A DNA stretch of 64,000 nucleotides, taken from contig JABHAL010000015.1 of assembly GCA_018674305.1 (NCBI GenBank), forward strand, positions 30,683-94,682, read 5' to 3'. The notes beneath the pieces were generated by a model, which was given only the letters and a program-made list of their open reading frames with translations, searched no databases and had not been told where the DNA came from. Each line of letters begins with the position of its first letter. Position 1 is the stretch's first letter. Below are positions 58,271-64,000 of this stretch, in pieces. Position numbers and translations under genes: made by a program. The stretch comes from Candidatus Falkowbacteria bacterium. GTDB lineage: Bacteria; Patescibacteriota; Patescibacteriia; UBA11705; JABHMO01.

Positions 58271-58941
58271 AATTTATTAAACAATTTAGCAATTAACAAC
58301 CTCCACCCCATGCGCATTTGTGGTTTCACTGATTTATTACCAGTTGCCACAGAATATTCAACTTTTATGGGGACTTCTTCGAATCTTAATCTATTCTTTG
58401 CAATCAAACTTAAAATTTCACTACAGTGCGCAAAATCATCATGCTGCCAATCAATTTTTGAAATAATACTAGTTCTAAATGCCCTTAAACCACTTTGTGG
58501 ATCAGTAAATTCTAATTGCAATAACTTTCGACTAAATATCTTGGCTAACCAAAGAATAATTCGTTTTTTTAATGGCAAGTTAGATTTGTGTTGCAAAAAC
58601 CTAGAACCAATAACAACGTCCACATCTTCGTTCTCTAAAACCTTGAGCATAGTATCAATGTCCTCAATTCGGTGTTGACCATCAGCATCAAAATGAACAA
58701 CTACATCAAAACCCAGACGCATAGCAATCTGAGTTCCAGTTCTGAGTGCAGCACCTTGCCCTAAATTGATTTGATGTTGTGCTACTATAATCGGTAATTC
58801 TTTTACTGTTCCCAATGTTTCATCATCACTACCATCATCAACTAAAATTACATTCTTAAATCCCGATTGTAACAACTTCGTCAGCACAACCTTAATTCTA
58901 CCTCCTTCATTAAAAGCAGGAATTACGATACAACTTTTCAT
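58267..58941 (-). CDS. GT2 (DPM1-like, soluble) glycosyltransferase
   Basis: CIVIPAFNEGGRI...ILVDDGSDDETL...DADGQH. Confidence 0.75.
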   Translation of the reverse strand: MKSCIVIPAFNEGGRIKVVLTKLLQSGFKNVILVDDGSDDETLGTVKELPIIVAQHQINLGQGAALRTGTQIAMRLGFDVVVHFDADGQHRIEDIDTMLKVLENEDVDVVIGSRFLQHKSNLPLKKRIILWLAKIFSRKLLQLEFTDPQSGLRAFRTSIISKIDWQHDDFAHCSEILSLIAKNRLRFEEVPIKVEYSVATGNKSVKPQMRMGWRLLIAKLFNKL

Positions 58942-59048
58942 ATATAAAAAATATAAATAGCAAGTGGTGAGTTTAAGCTCACTACTCGTATTTCTGTAAA
59001 TTTAAGTGGACTTTAATAATGTAACAGTGTAGCAATTTAACAATTTAA

Positions 59049-60053
59049 CTATATATCTGTACTAAATGTTAATAGATCCTTATGCGCACGTGTGTAGTCA
59101 ACCGTTTTTTGTAAACCATCGCTCAAAGTAACCACTGGAATCCAACCAAGTTCTTCTCTAACCTTGGTGATATCAGGTAATGCTAATTCACGCATAAATT
59201 CTTTCTCTTCTTTAAATACAATTTTAGACTTTGAACTGGTAAGCTCAATTATCTTTTTTGCTACATCTACAAGTCTGTAAACGTCAGTACTACCAACATT
59301 AACTGGATCAAGCACCGGTGTTTCCATTATTTTTAGACAGCCCTCAACCACATCACTTACAAAACATAAAGATGTTTCAAATTTTTCATCTCCAAAAATA
59401 ACTAAATCCTTATTTTCAAGTGCATTAGAAATAAAATCTGGTAGCATCTGATCATCATTTAATAACATTTTAGGCCCATAGGTCCTAAAAATTCGCACAA
59501 TCCGAGCATCAACATTGTGAGCCTCTTGATAGGTTTTAACAATGGTCTCAGCATAACGCTTACCTTCATCGTAACTAGCCAATGGAGACAACATATCAGC
59601 TACCCCTCTGTAATCTTCCTTGACAAATTCACCTTTTTTTACATCTCCATAAACAACTGAAGAAGATGCTTGCAAAAACTTTGCTTGATATTTAACTGCC
59701 AACTCTAGAGCATTTACCAATCCAGTTGTTTGAGCTAGAACAGTATTGATCTTTAGCTTTTCGAAATTCTTAACAGACATTGGACAAGCAAAATTGTAAA
59801 CTTCTTTGATTCCAAAAACCTTGATCTCAAACTGATCCAAGTCTTTATTGTTTTCCAAATCAAGGCCCTTTGTAAAATCATGGTTAACAAACTTAAAATT
59901 CGGTGAGCGTAAAAGATGATTAATATTACCTTCACCACTTGTGCTAAAATCATCAACACAAATCACATTAGCATCTGATAAAAGTCTTTCGCACAAATGC
60001 GAACCAATAAAACCAGCGCCACCTAACACAAGAACATTTTTTCTTTGAGCCAT
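59049..60053 (-). CDS. NAD-dependent epimerase/dehydratase, divergent UXS-like SDR
   Basis: VLVLGGAGFIGSHL, YDEGKRYAE, GPKMLLNDDQMLPDFI. Confidence 0.65.
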   Translation of the reverse strand: MAQRKNVLVLGGAGFIGSHLCERLLSDANVICVDDFSTSGEGNINHLLRSPNFKFVNHDFTKGLDLENNKDLDQFEIKVFGIKEVYNFACPMSVKNFEKLKINTVLAQTTGLVNALELAVKYQAKFLQASSSVVYGDVKKGEFVKEDYRGVADMLSPLASYDEGKRYAETIVKTYQEAHNVDARIVRIFRTYGPKMLLNDDQMLPDFISNALENKDLVIFGDEKFETSLCFVSDVVEGCLKIMETPVLDPVNVGSTDVYRLVDVAKKIIELTSSKSKIVFKEEKEFMRELALPDITKVREELGWIPVVTLSDGLQKTVDYTRAHKDLLTFSTDI

Positions 60054-60199
60054 ATAAAATCGAGTAATCAGTAATTTGTAACTAGTAATTAGTAATAATT
60101 AAAAATCACGCTCACTACTCACTCCGTATTAATTATATCTATATTTTATCGTAATTATCTTAATTTAGCAACTATTTATAAATCATTATAAACTCGCTT

Positions 60200-61867
60200 T
60201 TACTCTAAATTTTGCAATTTATAGAGCTTATACACACTGTCAATTTGACTCGGCTCAACCAACTTTAAGCCTAGTCCTTGAAGCTTTCTATCGTTAATGT
60301 AATCAATATCTTCTTCCCCAAGTAAATTTAAATAATAAACCGATTGTGCATTAATAACTTTCTTCAAATCAGTAAAAATCGTATAATCCAAATTAAAATC
60401 TATTACTCTATATTTTGGAAACAATAATTTATCTGTCCTATCAGTAATCACAATTGAATCTTCAAAAATCAAACCTTGAACTGTTCTCGCGCGATCATGA
60501 TAACTTTGCAAAACTATTTTCTGATCAATCAAGCCATCACCTGGCGTTTGATAAACTAAAGCAAATGAATAACCTATCAAACAAAAAACAACTACCCCAA
60601 CTATCAAATTGCTCCAGATCTTTTTCAAGGGAAGTTTATTAATTTGAACTAGTAAATATGCAATGAACGGAAGAATTATAATGTTCAAAGGCAACCAATA
60701 ACGCATATATGAACTACCAATTGTATTATTTTCTAAAACCATTTTGTCTACAAACTGCCAGCTACCATAATAAATTATTAAAATGACAAAAACAACTAAA
60801 CTGCCAATTAAATAAACTAACTGAGCTGTTACTTTTCTGTTTTTCAACCATTGCCTTAACCAAAAAATTAAACCGCAAATGAAAACTCCCACATATGGCC
60901 AAAACATCAAAACAAAATAGTTCATAATATTACCCAGAATTCTAGTTTCATAAAAACCAAACGGGATGAATAATAATTTCAAAAAACCAATTACACTGCC
61001 GGATTGTCCGATTTCAATTTCTGTTGGTAGCTTCGACAACAAGTCTAAGTTAGAAGTAGTATTAAAATAACCAAAACTGAACATTGAACCATAGGTTTGC
61101 CAGTTAAATCCCAGTAAAAGCGCAACTGGAACTATTCCACCAAGAATAAAGTACAACAATCGAGTCCAATTGAATTTGTTTTTATAAGCAATAGTTATAA
61201 CTAAAAGTAATGCCAACACCCAGACCAATTCAGACAAACGCACAATTAAGGCTAAGCCAACAAGAAGACCACTTAATGCTGAATAATGCCATTTATATTT
61301 TTCCTCCCCTTGAAGAACAAAGTAATACAGACCAACAATAAGCAGGCTTGTAAAAAGAACGGTTGGCAACATTACCAAACTGGCATAATACCAAAACGAA
61401 GCTAGGCTAAATAACAAAATTGCCGACAAAAAGCCTGTTTGCTCATTAAAAATACGACTAATTAATTTATAAAAATAAAAAACTGCAATCACTGCAGCTA
61501 GTGGGGTTATAAATCGCACTAAGGTTAGTCCAATAATTTTACCAATCAATCCCAAGATTATAACAAACCCTAAAAATGAAACTGGTACCACATCACCGGA
61601 GTTAGGTAAAACATTGGCACTTCTCGGATGAATTATAGAACTTAACTCCTGATTTAAAGATTCAACTTTTTTAAAATTACCATTATCAACAAAATGCTCA
61701 ATAAAATAATTATTAGCCATAGCATCTGGCCAACTAAATATTAGCTGTCCAGTTGATTCTTGTCCCGGCAAAGTTGCCGTAACCAAAAACCAGGAATATA
61801 CAACAAAAAAAACAATTGTTAGAACAATTATAATTGATTTATAACTTATATATTTCCGTATATTCAT
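60200..61867 (-). CDS. Polytopic membrane protein, GT39/ArnT-like (GT-C) candidate
   Basis: About 12 TM helices, an early periplasmic loop with acidic residues, and a C-terminal soluble domain. Confidence 0.4.
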   Translation of the reverse strand: MNIRKYISYKSIIIVLTIVFFVVYSWFLVTATLPGQESTGQLIFSWPDAMANNYFIEHFVDNGNFKKVESLNQELSSIIHPRSANVLPNSGDVVPVSFLGFVIILGLIGKIIGLTLVRFITPLAAVIAVFYFYKLISRIFNEQTGFLSAILLFSLASFWYYASLVMLPTVLFTSLLIVGLYYFVLQGEEKYKWHYSALSGLLVGLALIVRLSELVWVLALLLVITIAYKNKFNWTRLLYFILGGIVPVALLLGFNWQTYGSMFSFGYFNTTSNLDLLSKLPTEIEIGQSGSVIGFLKLLFIPFGFYETRILGNIMNYFVLMFWPYVGVFICGLIFWLRQWLKNRKVTAQLVYLIGSLVVFVILIIYYGSWQFVDKMVLENNTIGSSYMRYWLPLNIIILPFIAYLLVQINKLPLKKIWSNLIVGVVVFCLIGYSFALVYQTPGDGLIDQKIVLQSYHDRARTVQGLIFEDSIVITDRTDKLLFPKYRVIDFNLDYTIFTDLKKVINAQSVYYLNLLGEEDIDYINDRKLQGLGLKLVEPSQIDSVYKLYKLQNLE

Positions 61868-61889
61868 ATATGAATCATCATAGCAAATT

Positions 61890-61928
61890 TGGCGAAAAAA
61901 TCAAAAGCGACCATAAGATGATCGCTTG
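61890..61928 (-). terminator. Terminator hairpin with T-run on the minus strand
   Basis: aagcgaccat/atgatcgctt stem (one mismatch) followed by a T-rich tract. Confidence 0.5.
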
Positions 61929-61934
61929 TAATTT

Positions 61935-62177
61935 CTATGAAAATTCTGGGGGTCCGTGACCAGCTCCACCGAACATGCTTTCTTCAGTTAGTATACTACC
62001 CATAGCAGGGCCAATTGGATGACCTTCCTTGTCAAGCATTTGAAAGCAACCCAAGCAAACCTCCTTATCAATTTCAGGTGCACCCACCTCTGCGTAAAAT
62101 GTTGCTTCAAATCCACAACCTTTACATTTCACATTTTTGCCAGGCCCGAGATTTTCACCAAATAAGCCTTTTTTCAT
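61935..62177 (-). CDS. Small zinc-ribbon protein (CxxC...CxxC), GC-rich; start placed at MKKGLF
   Basis: CKGCGF...CLGC; about 42% GC; terminator downstream. Confidence 0.35.
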   Translation of the reverse strand: MKKGLFGENLGPGKNVKCKGCGFEATFYAEVGAPEIDKEVCLGCFQMLDKEGHPIGPAMGSILTEESMFGGAGHGPPEFS

Positions 62178-62237
62178 AATTTGCTCCTTGTGATTTACCT
62201 GCATTCAAAGCATAGCAAAATCACTTCAATTTGACAA

Positions 62238-62278
62238 TAAAAAAACTCTGCCTTGATATTATCAAGAACAGAGTTGTA
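62238..62278 (-). terminator. Rho-independent terminator (aactctg...cagagtt) with T-run
   Basis: Imperfect long hairpin followed on the minus strand by ttttttatt. Confidence 0.55.
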
Positions 62279-62289
62279 AATTCATATCA

Positions 62290-62571
62290 CTAAACGCTAA
62301 TCACAATTTTTCCAGCTGTGACTTGACCATTTACCCATCGGTTATCACTTTTGTCCCAGCGCAAATTGTGTCTACGGAAAAATCGTTCATTTACAGCCTT
62401 TTCAACTCGGCCAACAAGGAATGTTGGGACTCTGTTGATTCGGCCACAGACCACAATCAAGTCAGCATCCTCAGGAACGTCCTCAGCCGAGGAAAATCGT
62501 TTGATGATGTCAGGCCTGATTGTTAGTACCTTCTGACTTCGCGGAAAAGCATAAAATTCCAATCGATTCAT
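62290..62571 (-). CDS. Hypothetical protein (93 aa from MNRLEF), GC-rich
   Basis: Strong AAGGAGG ribosome-binding site 8 nt upstream of the ATG at 62571 (the ORF-track start at 62652 is rejected). Confidence 0.45.
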   Translation of the reverse strand: MNRLEFYAFPRSQKVLTIRPDIIKRFSSAEDVPEDADLIVVCGRINRVPTFLVGRVEKAVNERFFRRHNLRWDKSDNRWVNGQVTAGKIVISV

Positions 62572-62683
62572 TTGCGTCAAACCTCCTTTGTTGGTTATTA
62601 ATAACGCGTTAATAGAGTAACAAACAAGCCTCAATTTGTCAAGAGTAAACAAAAAATACAGCTTAATTTGCCATATTTTTTGC

Positions 62684-62839
62684 TTACTTTGTTTCTTTGT
62701 GCGAAGTATGAATTTTACATTTCTTGCAATATTTCTTCAGTATCAATTTTTCCTTTATCTTTTTCTTATTGCGTCGTGAATGATAATTTATACTTCGACA
62801 CTCTGAACATTGTAATTTGATCAGATTGTCTTGTGACAT
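62684..62839 (-). CDS. rpmG: 50S ribosomal protein L33 (51 aa: MSQDNLIKLQCSECRSINYHSRRNKKKIKEKLILKKYCKKCKIHTSHKETK); missed by the ORF track
   Basis: Own translation of the minus strand; zinc-ribbon CxxC...CxxC and KLxLxKYCxxCxxHTxHKETK match bL33. Confidence 0.85.
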   Translation of the reverse strand: MSQDNLIKLQCSECRSINYHSRRNKKKIKEKLILKKYCKKCKIHTSHKETK

Positions 62840-62867
62840 AGATTGTTAATTATTTTATTATGCTAAA

Positions 62868-62896
62868 AGTGTAGCTTAATTCAAAAAGATTGTCAA
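62868..62896 (-). promoter_or_regulatory. Sigma70-like promoter for rpmG (TTGACA-17 nt-TACACT)
   Basis: Minus-strand ttgaca (62891-62896) and tacact (62868-62873). Confidence 0.45.
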
Positions 62897-62909
62897 CCTC
62901 TTATTAACT

Positions 62910-62980
62910 GGCTGCGCCATTCGATATGTCCGTTGGAGCTTTACGCGAAAACGGAAGCTCCGACTCATGGAGGAGCGAAG
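62910..62980. repeat. Left copy of the 40-nt direct repeat (ggctgcgccattcga|agctccgactcatggaggagcgaag), interrupted by a 31-nt hairpin insertion (62925-62955)
   Basis: Identical to 63305-63344 except for the inserted tatgtccgttggagctttacgcgaaaacgga. Confidence 0.7.
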
Positions 62981-62990
62981 TTACAGTTTC

Positions 62991-63248
62991 CTATTTTTTA
63001 ATAAAACGTTTATTTGTAAATGCAATACCCGATGCAGTTTTAAGATATGTTTCGAAGTTCAAAGCCATTATTTTATCATCAAATGCACAATAAAATTTCA
63101 ATTTCCAAGGTTTGTATTTATTCGTATATTTACTTCTTCCATCATTATGGTGCTTCAGTCTATCAAAAACACTAATTTCTGTAAATCCCTTATATAAATA
63201 TCCATGATTTATACTTTCAATCAAATAAACAAAATAGGGTTTTTGCAT
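62991..63248 (-). CDS. GIY-YIG nuclease family protein (YhbQ/UPF0213-like, 85 aa)
   Basis: YFVYLIES...GYLYKGFT...RLKHHNDG...PWKL motifs. Confidence 0.65.
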   Translation of the reverse strand: MQKPYFVYLIESINHGYLYKGFTEISVFDRLKHHNDGRSKYTNKYKPWKLKFYCAFDDKIMALNFETYLKTASGIAFTNKRFIKK

Positions 63249-63304
63249 ATAGATACGGCCCTTCTTCGCGTTAAGCTACGAAGGACATTCTTCGCTTTTT
63301 TTAC

Positions 63305-63344
63305 GGCTGCGCCATTCGAAGCTCCGACTCATGGAGGAGCGAAG
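63305..63344. repeat. Right copy of the 40-nt direct repeat flanking the GIY-YIG ORF, abutting the tRNA-Thr 3' end
   Basis: Exact match to the two halves of 62910-62980. Confidence 0.7.
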
Positions 63345-63346
63345 AA

Positions 63347-63422
63347 TGGAGCCGACGGAGGGACTCGAACCCACGACCAATAGTTTACAAAACTACTGCT
63401 CTACCAACTGAGCTACGTCGGC
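63347..63422 (-). tRNA. tRNA-Thr (anticodon UGU), 76 nt, CCA-encoded
   Basis: Manually folded: acceptor GCCGACG/CGUCGGC, D GCUC-AGUUGGUA-GAGC, anticodon stem GUAGU/ACUAU with loop UUUGUAA, T-arm GUGGG-UUCGAGU-CCCUC (one U-U mismatch), discriminator U, CCA. Confidence 0.75.
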
Positions 63423-63448
63423 CTGTTTTTTGTAAATTGCAACAATCT

Positions 63449-63561
63449 CACGACCAATAGTTTATCTACCTACGTTAAAACTCCGGCAGACAGGCAAAAC
63501 TACTGCTCTACCAACTGCTGCGTCCTCCGAAGCTTTATGCGAAGGCGGAAACTACGTCGGC
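63449..63561 (-). pseudogene. Truncated 5' copy of tRNA-Thr (positions 1-51) interrupted by two ~31-nt insertions (D-stem, 63518-63549; anticodon between nt 35/36, 63465-63495)
   Basis: Segments GCCGACGTAG / CAGTTGGTAGAGCAGTAGTTTTG / TAAACTATTGGTCGTG identical to the intact gene; the T-arm and 3' half are absent. Confidence 0.5.
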
Positions 63562-63624
63562 GAAACTGTATGACGATAATAACAAATCAACTGTAAATAG
63601 TCAAGTGTGAATAAACCCTTTGAG

Positions 63625-63670
63625 AAAAGAAAAGGCAAGGATCGATTTAATCCTTGCCTTTGGGTTTATT
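63625..63670 (-). terminator. Rho-independent terminator (aaggcaagga-loop-tccttgcctt)
   Basis: Perfect 10-bp stem 6 nt after the GNAT stop, followed by a T-rich tract on the minus strand. Confidence 0.65.
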
Positions 63671-64000
63671 TCCAGAAACGAACAAACAACTGACATTGAT
63701 CATTTTTCAATTCACATTTATCCCAACAGTCAGTTCGCATTTTCTCAGCCGAACAAATACAGGTAGCCCGGTGAATATTTTCCGGGAGATCCCAGAAGTC
63801 TGGATTAGAAATCCCTAATCCTTCGTTCATCTTCATAACAATAGGATTAGTCGTAGTTGATAGAACATTCAAGTGTTCACTCTTTTCTATTAACTTCCTT
63901 TTTATCAAGATTCCCACACCGTGTCTTCTGTAATCAGGATGAACCCACATTGAGCCAGATTCATACCAATTCCCTTCAAGTGGCCACAATGTGATATGAC
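63666..64000 (-). CDS. GNAT-family N-acetyltransferase, C-terminal part (gene continues beyond the window end)
   Basis: VHPDYRRHGVG acetyl-CoA-binding motif A; the ORF is open at the window edge. Confidence 0.55.
   Translation of the reverse strand, partial: HITLWPLEGNWYESGSMWVHPDYRRHGVGILIKRKLIEKSEHLNVLSTTTNPIVMKMNEGLGISNPDFWDLPENIHRATCICSAEKMRTDCWDKCELKNDQCQLFVRFWK

Noticed and set aside
62572-62652. N-terminal extension of ORF 62290-62652 (track start at 62652)
   Set aside because: A strong AAGGAGG ribosome-binding site sits 8 nt upstream of the internal ATG at 62571, and the extension has no such support.
62967-63197. 76-aa plus-strand ORF
   Set aside because: It is antisense to the minus-strand ORF that carries GIY-YIG motifs; the minus-strand reading is preferred.
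62925-63549. CRISPR array hypothesis for the recurring ~31-nt hairpins
   Set aside because: The copies are not regularly spaced, differ in sequence, and are inserted into otherwise duplicated sequence; no cas genes are present.
63449-63561. Possibility that the interrupted tRNA-Thr copy is a functional intron-containing tRNA
   Set aside because: The copy lacks the T-arm and 3' acceptor strand and diverges after position 51. The insertions are not at the canonical 37/38 site and bacteria lack the BHB splicing endonuclease, so it is called a pseudogene or fragment.
1-64000. Prophage or integrative element explanation for the GC-rich islets
   Set aside because: No integrase, recombinase, transposase or phage structural genes were found anywhere in the window. 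Only the compositional anomaly and tRNA proximity are retained as findings.

Overview
This 64 kb window is about 33% GC and gene-dense, and almost every gene lies on the minus strand. The gene content suggests a reduced-genome bacterium, possibly of the Patescibacteria/CPR type. That call rests on the many glycosyltransferases, the Trm112-like zinc-ribbon methyltransferase, a four-helix-bundle protein, frequent leaderless promoters and the near-absence of core metabolism; it is an inference, not a measured result.

Housekeeping genes found: priA-like, def, fmt, queA, apt, mtnP, ugd, a UDP-xylose synthase, rpmG (missed by the ORF track), tRNA-Trp(CCA) and tRNA-Thr(UGU).

The dominant feature is a roughly 25–35 kb, co-directional, largely overlapping/translationally coupled glycan (or lipid-glycan) biosynthesis region:
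- many GT2 and GT1 glycosyltransferases, including a GT2–GT1 fusion;
- GT-C-like giant membrane proteins and a flippase;
- a UDP-glucose dehydrogenase plus UDP-glucuronate decarboxylase module;
- two methyltransferases;
- an unusually dense set of six radical SAM enzymes (three B12-binding class B and three SPASM-domain paralogues), with no recognisable precursor peptide.

Other notable items:
1. A PriA homologue in which both the Walker A and DExH catalytic residues are replaced.
2. Several GC-rich (about 42–46%) islets embedded in the AT-rich background:
   - a 969-aa DEAH/RHA-type helicase;
   - a degenerate metallophosphoesterase plus a zinc-ribbon ORF beside tRNA-Trp;
   - two small ORFs beside rpmG.
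3. An orphan HicB antitoxin.
4. A consensus-promoter-to-terminator mini transcription unit with no assignable product.
5. A zinc-ribbon / RGG / lysine-tail nucleic-acid-binding protein.
6. A composite tRNA–rpmG region with four parts:
   - a GIY-YIG nuclease ORF bracketed by 40-nt direct repeats;
   - an intact tRNA-Thr;
   - a 5' pseudo-copy of that tRNA interrupted by two roughly 31-nt hairpin insertions;
   - a related hairpin element recurring 50 kb away.

No CRISPR array, rRNA or integrase was seen.
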